The translations under genes were made by a program, and so were the position numbers. Shown in pieces: positions 23,801-33,948 of a stretch of DNA of 64,000 nucleotides; position 1 is the first letter of the stretch; every line of letters begins with the position of its first letter. The notes beneath the pieces are model-generated. The model ran no database searches. It was given only the letters and a program-made list of their open reading frames with translations, and was not told the DNA's origin. Source of the DNA: Pavona decussata. Lineage: Eukaryota. The DNA is taken from positions 744,001 to 808,000 of the forward strand of contig CDRNST010000037.1 of assembly GCA_977016875.1 (NCBI GenBank), given 5' to 3'.

Positions 23801-26800
23801 TAAACAGGCAAACAAAAATGACTTCAACGATTAAAATCGTTCAATAAAGGAGCACTTACCTGAACATCTATCCTCGCAATAGAACGCACTGAATCCGGTG
23901 TAAGAGCCATTCTTATCTGATCTGAATATTACAAACATTTGGTTGGAGGAGGAGAAGATTCCTTCTTTAGATGGAGGGTTACCTCCGTAGAATACTCCCA
24001 AAACCTCCCCAGTGCTATTCTTGCCATCATACACGTATAAAGCGTCCGTGTTATTCTCATTTTGCAAACTGAATTTTGTGAACTTTAACTGAATTTGATG
24101 TCCTGGACTGACCGTGATCCTCCAGGAGCAATACTGGCCATCTGGGTACTTTCCTGGATAGTTTGGTGAATGGAAACTGCCCATGACTCCTGTTAGACTT
24201 TTCTTGCATCCTGCAAAAATACTAATCCTGAACATCCCTCTCTCTCTCTTCTAATATATAAGAAGAATTATAGTACCCTGTAATCCAAAAACTTAATAAG
24301 TCATTCCTAAACTTAATTGTTTCTCAATGTTGTCATCTATTGATTCAAAGTTGTAAGAATACCATGAACGTAGGCCATGTACGTCCAAAAGAGATTATTA
24401 CTACAGGAAGGCAGGGCAGGTACAGTGGTAAAAACAATCACGTCCCACCAATGTGGCCTGAGTTTGATTCCCGTTGGTGACGCTGTATGTGGGTTTTGCT
24501 TCCTCCAAAAAATCAACATTCCCAATTTGACTCTTGAAGGACACCCAGAATTAACGCCGAGTAAGCTTGGTGCTGCTTTCCCTTAATACTACAAGTGTAG
24601 AAGTCTGTGGCAGCTTGTTTGTGAAAAGAGAAACAAAAACGTTCAATAGGATTTCAAACATAAGTAAGGTGGGTATACTATACATAGTTTTCCTTTGCCG
24701 CGGATCATGATGGGTGGTTCCAAGAAAGTGTTTCAATAAAGGTTAGTGTGTGAAGAGCTGCATGTGCACAGACGCAGCGATTACAGAATAGTCACTCACC
24801 ATGATAGTAACAGTAATGAATCTTGTGATCACTGATTCCTGCCCCGTATGGATATGAACCTCCTTTGCCGTCCCTATTACCCGTATCCTCATTATCAAAC
24901 CGAATCCACTCCACACTATTTACCGCCCACTTCACCTGCTGGCATACAGCTGAATCATAAGCCAACAAGAAAAATGGTTTCAGGGTTGGAAGAGAGATGG
25001 GATCCTTTTTATCTCCGTCTGTTCTGCAACAAAACTCAATCCTTGTGTCCATGTTATATACGCCATCAGGAAGTGTCCCCGACATGCTGTTCTGATTGAA
25101 CTTCTCTTCGTCGTCCCATTTGATAAATCCTGATTTCAAATATGTGGGACAGGAGCCACCTTTCTTGTAAATGCAGTATTTACCTGGCAGGTCAGAGATT
25201 AAAAATATGTTAATTGTGTTTTCGTTTCTTATTCTCTTGCTATGATCGATGATAGTCCATGAATATAAATATGGCATTACGCTACCTCGTGGCCAATGTC
25301 TTCGTTTCACGTCTAGCGATGAATCTGTTTTCACACAGAATGATCGGACAATGTCATTCTTGTTCACCGTTGCGTTGAGGTGAAGCTTGTTGGATTTGAA
25401 GTTGTTGGGATTGGTATCTTCCGTGTCCTGGTATCTCCGTCCTGTCAGCCACTGAAAGCCATCAGCATAGGGGCACCCGGATGCTGCTTGTGGTATCCCG
25501 TATGAGCCCTCTGGCCAATAAACGGATTCTGCAAAAGTAATACCAAGTGCTTTTGAGTCAAAACCATGTTGCTTAAACGCGCCTCAAGAAAGTACTGCGC
25601 TTATGACCAAGGTTAAAACCCACTTCAAGACTGCCTTCCCTTTAGCAATGATCACTGCATGTACTTTTAGCGTCACTTTAGAAGTGTGGCGTAATACTCC
25701 CAACACCTCGACAGCCATTAGGCAATTAAATGATCTACCTGTAATATTGTACCACATCAAATTCATGTCATCTCCCAATAAACAATTTGTGATAGATAAT
25801 GCAAAACTACCGTCACGAAATGACTATTGCACAAGCAGAAGACATGAAAGTTTCCCCGAAGTATAAATTGTGATTACGTTCTCAATTCTGGCTTGCATCT
25901 CATAATACGAATATGAAATTGAAAAATGAAAATTTGTGTTTTCCTGTTTCAACCATCTCGACTTTCTTACAGTAACTGAGCTGCTAAAAATATTACTGCT
26001 ACTTAACTAAAGCAAGGAAATACGCAAGTCTTTCCCTAAAATTGTGCTGAGTTTTCAGAGACATTTAATGAGGTTGTAGCTTCGAGCCTGTTGGTGAAAT
26101 CCAAGTCATCGCTTTTCCAAAAAAAATTAGGCCCACAATTAGGGTTTCAGAAATCTTTTGGTTTTACCAGGGTAGAAAGTGATTGTGGGCAATGTAAAAA
26201 TGGGAACCATGGCAAAGCAGCGTCGTCTTCCTTCTTTTTTCTTTCCTTTCACCTTCCTTACTCATAAAACATAAACAGACAATATCCTATTTTCAAGGAC
26301 CATGCAACTCTGAATAATGTATATTACTTAACTAAACCCCTTACACAAGCAATCTACAGCGTTAGAGGAAGTACGTCTATCTGATTTAAACGATACAAAC
26401 ATGAAGATTGACAAGGAGTACATTTCTTCTTTTGAAGGAGCATGACATGGGCAGAATTCTCCAACGCCAACCACGCCCCACCCCAAAGGAGAAATTCTCT
26501 CCATTATTTACAAGTGTGTGTTATCTTCGCTTTTTAAACCAAAAGTAGCTACGTGCCAGTAACTACCACCAAAACTCATTTAATGCCCCATCAAAAGGCA
26601 AACAACGAGAGTGACTTTAACGATTAAAATCGTTCAAAAAAGGAACATTTACCTGAACATCTACCCACGCAGTAGAACGCACTGAATCCGGTGTAAGAGC
26701 CACTCTTATCTGATATGAATATTACAAACATTTGGTTGGAAGAAGAGAAGATTCCCTCTTTTGATGGAGGGTTACCTCCGTAGAATACTCTCAACAACTC

Positions 26801-29800
26801 CCCAGTGCTATTCTTGCCATCATACACGTATAAAGCGTCCGTGTTATTCTCATTTTGCAAACTGAAGTCTGGGAACGTTAAGTGAATTGGTTGCGTTTGG
26901 TTGACCGTGATCGTCCAGGAGCAGTACTGGCCATCTGGATACTTTCCTGGATAGTTTGGTGAATGGAAACTTCCCATGACTCCTGTTAGACTTTTGTTGC
27001 ATCCTAGAAAAAGACATACTATGCACATCTCTCGCTTATTAATATATGAGACGAATTCCAATGCAATCGTATCCAAAGGACCTTAACTGGTCAATCTTAA
27101 ACTTAATCTTGCTCGATGTTACAGTGGAAGTTCTGGTAAGCGGACACCCTGGGTACGCGGAAAAGGTGTCCTTTACTAATGCTGGCCGCTTACAACAATG
27201 GTTCTCGTACGCGGCCACTAGAGATGTGAAGGATATATGGCCAATTACAGGAGCTTGGCCAGTAAATATTGGCGATGCAAAAACGTACCACCGTATTAAA
27301 TGATTTTTGTTGTTGTTGTTGTTGTTGTTGTTGTTATTGTTTTATTGCCTTATTTCATTGCCGCGATAATGGCGATAACTGTAGTCAATGCACTGTAAAA
27401 TCATTGTGACGAACAGCGATGTGAGTTTGATTGATAAAAATAAGATTCAGAGGCTAATGGGATTTACTTACGGGTGTCCGCTTACGGGAGCTTAAAATAA
27501 ATGAAAAAGTCTAAATTGTAACCTCTGTAAGTGTCCGCGTCCGCTTACAGGAATGTCCGTGTAAATACAGAGTTTCTATTAGAGTTCAAACGCGGTGTTG
27601 TGAAGGCGGTTTTAAGTAAGGCTGTCCGCTTACGCGAGTGTCCGTTATGAGGGCTTCCACTGTATTATCTATTTGTTTGAATTCCTACGCATACGTAGAA
27701 CATACGGCAAGTATGTTGAGTAATCAGGGAAGGCGCAGAGGTGAGAGCGCTCGCTTCCCACGAATGTGGCCCCCGTTCCAGGGCTTACTTCAGATTCTCT
27801 TTTTCTTCCTCCAAAAAAAACCAACTCTCACAAAGTCCAATCCTACTCCTGTTGGCCACCATAATAAACCTGGACTTAACTTGGTGCTACCATCTCTTAA
27901 TACTCTTATTTTAGTACAAAGTTTAGAAGTCTGAAGTAGCCTCCCTTAGAAAACAGAAACAAAATAAGTTGTGAATAACTTTAAACATAAGTAACGAGGA
28001 TATAATAGAAACAATTTTCCTTTGCAGTCAATCGCCATGGAAGGTTACAAATATGTGTTTCGCTATAGAATGTTATTGTTTGAAGAGTTGGGCAGACGCA
28101 GCGATCACAAAAAAGTCACTCACCCTGATAGTAACAGTAATGAATCGTGTGATCCCTGATTCCTGCACCATATGGATATGAGCCTCCTTTGCCGTCCCTA
28201 TTACCCGTATCCTCATTGTCAAACCGAATCCACTCAACACTAACTACCGCCCACTTCACCTGCTGGCATACAGCTGAATCATAAGCCAACAAGAAAAATG
28301 GTTTCAGGGTTGGAAGAGAGATGGGATCCTTTTTATCTCCGTCTGTTCTACAGCAATATTCAATCCTTGTGTCCATGTTATATTCGCCATCAGGAACTGT
28401 TCCCGACATGCTGTTCTGATTGAATTTGTTTTCGTCGTCCCATTTGATAAATCCTGATGTCAAATATGTGGGACAGGAGCCACCTTTCTTGTAAATGCAG
28501 TATTTACCTGTCAGGTCAGAGATTAAAAATATGTTACTTGTGCTTAAGTTTCTTATTGTCTCGCTATGATGATAGTCCATGAATATAAATAGGGCATTAC
28601 ACTACCTCGTGGCCAGTGTCCTCGTTTTCCGTCTAGCGATAAATCTGTTTTCACGCAGAATGATCGGTCAATGTCATTCTTGTTCACCCTAGCGCTTAGG
28701 TGGAGCTTGTTGGATTTGTAGTTGTTGGGATTGGTATCTTCCGTGTCCTGGTATCTCCGTCCTGTCAGCCACTGAAAGCCATCAGCATAGGGACACCCGG
28801 ATGCTGCTTGTGGTACCCCGTATGAGCCCTCTGGCCAATAAACGGATTCTGCTAAAGTAATGCCAGGTGGTTTTTAGTCAAAACCATGCTGTTTTGTCTG
28901 CACGACGAAAATACACCTTGAAAGAGAACTGTAGTTATGACCAAGCTTACAAGCCACTCTAACACTGCTTCACCTTCCTCGATGATCACTGCGTTTACTT
29001 TTAGGGTCCGTTAAAAAACGTGGCGCAATACCCCTAACACTTCGACAGCCGTTAGGCAGTTTTTTGCCCTATCCGTGGTATTGTATCACATCAAATTCAT
29101 GTGATCTGCCAATAAACAATCTGAGATAGACGATGCAAAACTACCGTCACGAATGACCATTGCACAACCAGACGCCTTGAACGTTTCCATGAAATACAAT
29201 GCGCGATCAGGATCTCAATTATGACTTGCATGTCATAATAAGAATATGACAATAAAAATCAATTCAAGCTTTCGTTTCTTGTGTCGACCATCTTACAGTA
29301 ACTTAGCTCCTACAAATATTATTGCCTCTTGACTAAAGCAAGGATTGAGCAAGTCTTTCCAAAAAATTGTGCTTAGTTTGCACAGACATTTAATGAGGTC
29401 TTAGCTTCGAGCCTGTTGGTGAAATCCAAAGTATGGCTTTTCAAAAAAAAGAAATTAGGCCCCCAATTAGGGTTTAAGAAATCTTTTCGTTTTACCAGGG
29501 TAGAAAGTGGGTGTGGGCAATGTAAAGATAGGGACATTGACGAAGCGGTGTTGTCGTCCTTTTATTTTTCTTTGCTGTCACCACCCTTACTCATAAAACA
29601 TAAACAGACAATATCCTATTTTTAAGGACCATGCAACCCTGGATAATGTATATTACTCAACTAAACCCCTTACACAAGCAATCTGCAGCATTAGATGGAG
29701 CATTACTATTTGATATCAATTTTACAAACATGAGGATTGACAAGGAGTAGATTTCTCCTTTTGGTAGGGCATAACATGGGCAGAATTCTCCAACGCCAAC

Positions 29801-32800
29801 CACGCCCCACACCAAACGAGAAAGTCTCTCCGTTATATTATACATAGTGTGTGTGTTATTCTCGCTTTTTAAACCAAAAGCTATAATTTAACGTGCTAGT
29901 AACTAGCATCAAAACTCATATAATGCCCCATCAAAAGGCAAACAACGAAAATGACTTCAACTATTAAAATCGTTAATTAAAGGAGCACTTACCTTGACAT
30001 CTACCCACGCAGTACAACGCACTGAATCCGGTGTAAGAGCCACTCTTATCTGATATGAATATTACAAACATTTGGTTGGAGGAGGAGAAGATTCCTTCTT
30101 TAGATGGAGGGTTACCTCCGTAGAATACTCCCAACAACTCCCCAGTGCTATTCTTGCCATCATACACGTATAAAGCGTCCGTGTTATTCTCATTTTGCAA
30201 ACTGAAGTCTGGGAACGTTAAGTGAATTGGCTGTGTTCGGTTGACCGTGATCGTCCAGGAGCAGTACTGGCCATCTGGGTACTTTCCTGGATAGTTTGGT
30301 GAATGGAAACTGCCCATGACTCCTGTTAGACGTTTGTTGCATCCTAGAAAAAGACATACTATGCACATCTCTCGCTTATTAATATATAAAACGAATTCCA
30401 ATGCAATCGTATCCAAAGGACCTTAACTGGTCAGTCTTAAACTTAATCTTGCTCGTTGTTACAGTGGAAGTTCTGGTAAGCGGACGTCTTCGGGATGCGG
30501 AAAAGGTGTCCGTTACTGGAGCTGGCCGCTTACAACAACGGTTCTCGTACGCGGCCACTAGAGATGTAAAATATAGATGGCCACTTACGGCAGCTTGCCC
30601 AGTAAATATTGAAGATGCAAAAACATACCATCGTATTAAATTATTTTTGTTTTTGTTTTTGTTGTTATTCTTTTATTGCCTTATCCAATGCCGCGATAAT
30701 GGCGATAACTGTAATGAATGTACTGTAAAATCATGATGACGAACAGCGATGTGAGGTTCATTGACTAAAGCAAGATTCAGAAGCTAATGGGATTTCCTTT
30801 CGGGTGTCCCCTTACGAGAGCTTAAAATAAAAGGAAAAGTTTAAATCGTAACCTCTTTAAGTGTCCGCGGCCGCTTACGGGAATGTCCGTGTAAATACAG
30901 TTTCTACGGGAGTTCAAAGGGGGTGTTGTGTAGGCGGTCTTACGTAAAGCTATCCGCTTACGAGAGTGTCCGTTATGAGGGCTTCCACTGTATTATCTAT
31001 TGGTTTGAATTCCTACGCATGCGTAGAACATACGGCAAGTATGTTCAATAAATAGGGAAGGCGCAGAGGTGAGAGCACTCGCTTCCCACCAATGTGGCCC
31101 TGGTTCGAGGGCTTTCTTCGGATTTTCTGTTTTTTCTTCCTCCACAAAAACCAACACTCCCAAATACCAATTCGACTCTTGTGGGCCACCATAATTAACC
31201 TGGACTTATCTTGGTGCTACCATCTCTTAATACTATTATTTTAGTACAAAGTTTAGACGTCTGCAGTAGCTTGCCTAAGAAAACAGAAACAAATTATTTT
31301 TAAAAACTTTAACTGACATAAGTAACGCGGGTCTTATAGAAATAATTTTCCTTTGCAGCGAATCGCCATGGAAGGTTACAAATATGCGTTTCACTATCGA
31401 ATGTTATTGTGTGAAGAGTTGCGCAGACGCAGCGATCACAGAAAAGTCACTCACCCTGATAGTAACAGTAATGAATCGTGTGATCCCTGATTCCTGCACC
31501 ATATGGATATGAGCCTCCTTTTCCGTCCCTATTACCCGTATCCTCATTGTCAAACCGAATCCACTCAACACTAACTACCGCCCACTTCACCTGCTGGCAT
31601 ACAGCTGAATCATAAGCCAACAAGAAAAATGGTTTCAGGGTTGGAAGAGAGATGGGATCCTTTTTATCTCCGTCTGTTCTGCAACAAAACTCAATCTTTG
31701 TGTCTTTGTTATATACGCCATCAGGAAGTGTCCCCCACATGCTGTTCCGATTTTGGGTGTTCTCGTCGTCCCATTTGATAAATCCTGATGTCAAATTTGT
31801 GGGACAGGAGCCACCTTTCTTGTAAATGCAGTATTTACCTGGTCAGGTCAGAGATTAAAAATATGTTACTTGTGCTTTAGTTTCTTATTGTCTCGCTATG
31901 ATGATAGTCCATGAATATAAATATGGCATTACACTACCTCGTGGCCAGTGTCCTCGTTTCCCGTCTAGCGATGAACCTGTTTTCACGCAGAATGATCGGT
32001 CAATGTCATTCTTTTTCACCGTTGCGTTAAGGTGAAGCTTGTTGGATTTGTAGTTGTTGGGATGGGTATTTTCCGTGTCCTGGTATCTCCGTCCTGTCAG
32101 CCACTGAAAGCCATCAGCATAGGGGCACCCGGATGCTGCTTGCGGTACACCGTATGAGCCCTCTGGCCAATAAACGGATTCTGCAAAATTAATGCCAGGT
32201 TGTTTTCAGTGAAAAACATGTTGCTTTGTCTACACGACGAAAACATGGGTCGAGAAAGAAGCAGACTTATGACCAAGCGTACAAGCTACTGCAAGACTGC
32301 CTCACCTTCAAAAATGATCACTGCATGCACTTTTAGGTTAAGTTAAAAAACGTGGCGCACTACCCCTAGCACCTAGTTTTTTGCCCTACTGTGGTAAGGT
32401 ATTAATAAAAACAATATAATTTGCTGGCAAAATGGTCTGCCACAGGATGGCACATTTGTAAATTCAGTCCACTAGTAGGAAATTCGACGACAGTTGTTCA
32501 GTAACCCCCATTGATCCTGGCCTTTAATTGAGTTCCCAGTCCCCGAGAGGACATATTCTCTTCGTATCTTCAAGAACATTAAAGGTATCATATGACAGTG
32601 AAGCTTTGCGGGTATATGGAATATCCAAACTGTTTCCTTTGAGATCCGCAAAATTGCATGATGACGAAATATGGATTAGGAAATACGTTATTTACTCGCC
32701 ACCAAGTTTCCGCAACCTCGAATTTTGCGATTTTTCAAACATCTTAGAAATTTATTAGGCGTCCAAGTTAACTTCAAAATAATCAAAAGCAAAGACGAAA

Positions 32801-33239
32801 CGTTACCGTTTTGAAAATTGAAGGATTTATTGAGAGTTTTTCATAGAAAGGTACTGACTTCTTGCCATGGAAAACAGCAGGTCGCGTGTGTTTGAAGAAT
32901 TTTTGCCAGACAAGAAAAGTCAATCACATAATTAGCTACCATCAACCCAGATGGTATGAAAGACATATGCTCTGAGTCAAGACAGTAGCTACTTTGATAA
33001 CGTACATTTCAGAACAAGAATAGCTTGCCAGGCACAGTAGGAATGCTTTCCCTTGCAGGCGATGTAGCCGTCAGTGAGTGTCGGCGAAGGCGCGTACGTA
33101 GATTGCTGGCCTAGCTTAGCGCTTCCGGTGCGCTGACTCTGGAACAGAACTTTATTATTCCTACTTCATACATACCTGATGATGTTGATTCGAAAAAACA
33201 CACAACGGTTAGCAGGCCGAACGTTCGCCACAGTAGCAT
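2924..33239 (-). CDS. Receptor tyrosine kinase, ~2028 aa: SP-(ApeC-CUB)x3-(F5/8C)x4-TM-TK (29 coding exons)
   Basis: Exons in transcript order: 33239-33176; 32180-31938; 31838-31455; 30343-29993; 28848-28606; 28507-28124; 27003-26653; 25528-25286; 25183-24800; 24210-23860; 23357-23032; 22236-22098; 21928-21603; 20623-20485; 19602-19277; 13629-13488; 12965-12640; 11405-11264; 10247-10128; 9308-9287; 8823-8633; 8174-8058; 7266-7082; 6834-6715; 6379-6303; 5391-5351; 4448-4352; 3597-3501; 3079-2924. All introns are GT-AG, phases are compatible, the sum is 6087 nt, and no internal stop was seen. Confidence 0.85.
3740..3814. repeat. Short palindromic MITE-like hairpin
   Basis: AACCTCGTTCCCAGGGTCTCTCCTCTT ... 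AAGAGGAGAGACCCTGGGAACGAGGTT inverted arms. Confidence 0.75.
4800..4960. repeat. Palindromic MITE-like element
   Basis: CACTTAATG..TGGTCCCTCG.. pairs with ..CCCTCGGGACCA..CATTAAGTG; long imperfect inverted repeat. Confidence 0.65.
5792..5868. repeat. (GTT)n microsatellite
   Basis: Direct GTT repeats; similar tracts at ~27308-27340 and ~46060-46100. Confidence 0.9.
7292..7689. mobile_element. TTAA-target MITE, same family as 2377..2769
   Basis: TTAA at 7288-7291 and 7690-7693; colinear with the 2377 copy; about 20 nt from the acceptor of kinase exon 7266-7082. Confidence 0.85.
9287..9308 (-). CDS. 22-nt juxtamembrane micro-exon of the RTK ((G)KAKREI(K))
   Basis: cacag|GCAAGGCCAAGCGGGAGATCAA|gtaagt; converts phase 1 (TM exon) to the phase 2 needed by exon 8823-8633. 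Confidence 0.7.
10128..10247 (-). CDS. RTK transmembrane exon
   Basis: [40 protein letters not shown]: hydrophobic span followed by a basic stop-transfer cluster; phase 1-1. Confidence 0.9.
11264..23357 (-). CDS. RTK ectodomain: four F5/8 type C (discoidin) domains, each split into 326-nt plus 139/142-nt exons
   Basis: [19 protein letters not shown]....ARL...W......QWLQVDL...VTGVATQG...WV.KY.LQYSDDG + VFDGN.D......[13 protein letters not shown]...IGMR.ELYGC. Confidence 0.93.
13635..18054 (+). mobile_element. Decayed Ty3/Gypsy LTR retrotransposon lacking its 5' LTR
   Basis: gag from 13725 with zinc knuckle [21 protein letters not shown]; RT ([16 protein letters not shown]); RNase H (VDAS, TDHQPL); integrase (H..HQG, ITDNG.QF); many stops and frameshifts. 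PPT AAAGGAGAAAGG 17826-17837 is followed by a 3' LTR TGTTA...TAACA at 17838-18054. Confidence 0.92.
18074..18530 (-). mobile_element. 5'-truncated L2/CR1-like LINE 3' end with (TAAA)n tail
   Basis: C-terminal [26 protein letters not shown]; (ATTT)n at 18074-18100; absent from the paralogous intron near 11865. Confidence 0.75.
21125..21355. mobile_element. Penelope-like element terminal (pLTR) fragment
   Basis: GACTGACGTTTCGAC...AAGTCATCTTCAGAGTC motif typical of Penelope termini; absent from the paralogous intron (~22770). Confidence 0.6.
21175..21217 (-). ncRNA. Minimal type I hammerhead ribozyme (Penelope-associated)
   Basis: Minus strand reads GACT-CTGAAGA-T-GAC(ttccgctcaggtg)GTC-GAAA-CGTC-AGTC: core boxes CUGANGA and GAAA, stem I GACU/AGUC, stem II GAC/GUC, vestigial stem III with a GUC cleavage triplet. 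Confidence 0.72.
23600..23770 (-). pseudogene. Decayed CUB pseudo-exon (paralogous relics at ~26330-26510 and ~29660-29845)
   Basis: Reads HVYDGES / [25 protein letters not shown] across a frameshift, versus intact [32 protein letters not shown]. Confidence 0.55.
23860..24210 (-). CDS. RTK CUB domain 3 (single phase 1-1 exon, 351 nt)
   Basis: C...[27 protein letters not shown]...I.LKF..F.L....D.LYVYDG....LGVF.G....[13 protein letters not shown]....GFSAFY. Confidence 0.93.
24410..24585 (+). mobile_element. tRNA-derived SINE relic (paralogues at 27727..27895 and 31055..31225)
   Basis: A-box-like GGCGCAG.GGTGAGAGC, CCCACCAATGTGGCC, B-box-like GGTTCGA in the 31055 copy; same position in all three ApeC-CUB units. 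Confidence 0.65.
24800..25528 (-). CDS. RTK ApeC (apextrin C-terminal) domain 3 (exons 25528-25286, 25183-24800)
   Basis: WPEGSYG.P...SGCP..QDTED..FCVK..WPRG|[47 protein letters not shown]; eight Cys and three DxED-type motifs, the ApeC signature. Confidence 0.88.
26653..27003 (-). CDS. RTK CUB domain 2
   Basis: 351-nt phase 1-1 exon inside ORF 26624..27076; CUB motifs as above. Confidence 0.93.
27122..27662. mobile_element. TA-target Tc1/mariner-type MITE (paralogue at 30462..30990)
   Basis: TA|CAGTGGAAG...CTTCCACTG|TA with internal GTGTCCGCTTACG repeats. Confidence 0.8.
28124..28848 (-). CDS. RTK ApeC domain 2 (exons 28848-28606, 28507-28124)
   Basis: 243 + 384 nt exons with the same ApeC signature; 98-nt GT-AG intron. 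Confidence 0.88.
29993..30343 (-). CDS. RTK CUB domain 1
   Basis: 351-nt phase 1-1 exon inside ORF 29973..30416. Confidence 0.93.
30462..30990. mobile_element. TA-target Tc1/mariner-type MITE
   Basis: TA|CAGTGGAAG...CTTCCACTG|TA; same flanks as the 27122 copy (co-duplicated). Confidence 0.8.
31455..32180 (-). CDS. RTK ApeC domain 1 (exons 32180-31938, 31838-31455)
   Basis: [38 protein letters not shown]...FCVK...WPRG|[12 protein letters not shown]...YCYYQ; 99-nt intron containing an in-frame TGA. Confidence 0.88.
33176..33239 (-). CDS. RTK signal peptide exon
   Basis: [21 protein letters not shown] + G|gtatgt (phase 1); acceptor ttgcag at 33262-33263 just upstream implies an earlier non-coding exon. 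Confidence 0.8.
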
Positions 33240-33948
33240 ATCTCTCAGTTGTTCGAAAAATCTGCAAGCAAAAAGTACATGCAGTTTTGTGACGCTCCAT
33301 ATCAAATGCAGCAGTAATGTATGACGACTCGGAAGCCGCAATTGATTTCTTGTCAATTGAGGGATATATTTTCCTAGTTTGCAGTACATTTTAGGCAAAA
33401 TGCATTTCGTTACTCTTTTTTATTGCAATATGGGTGGTTTGAAACCTTAATTGCCTCGGCCAAACAAAAAGAAAGCTGAACATTCGCATGTCAGAACAAG
33501 AGAATTCAAAACCCAACTCTGAACCAGCGAGATTTTAACGCAATATTCTGGTTAAGGATCGAGGGATAACTAATTAGTCAAAAACAAATTTCATGTAATA
33601 TCCCAAAACCGAGGGCAAGTCCTTCATCAAGGGTTCCAAACACGGAAGAACAGATGAATGGACAAGTTTGAATACCGATTGCTTATATTGTTGTGAGGTG
33701 TTTGGTATCCCTGACGAACTAGACAGCCTGCGTTTTTTACATGACTTCAAAAATATATAGAGAAATATAGACCATTGAAGTGCACCAACGAATCATTTTA
33801 AAAGCTTTCATCCAAGAAACGTCAGCAAATGTGCAAAAAGGCCAGCAAGCATTTTCGGAAAGCTGACAGCAGTTCGTAAATACGAGATAGAAAATATGTT
33901 TTCCTTTCCTATAATTTTCGCAAATTTTAATTTTTAGCTAGAGAGTAC

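Noticed and set aside
25184-25285. Apparent 34-aa insertion in ApeC domain 3 (open in-frame in ORF 24792..25367)
   Set aside because: GT-AG bounded; paralogous segments are 98 nt (frameshift) and 99 nt (in-frame TGA), so it is an intron that is open by chance. Retention is possible but unsupported.
31055-31225. tRNA-like A/B boxes (also 24410, 27727, 49579)
   Set aside because: No complete cloverleaf; they continue into SINE body sequence.
33620-33750. CTGACGA within an inverted repeat as a second hammerhead
   Set aside because: No properly spaced GAAA box or stem II; looks like a degraded palindromic MITE.
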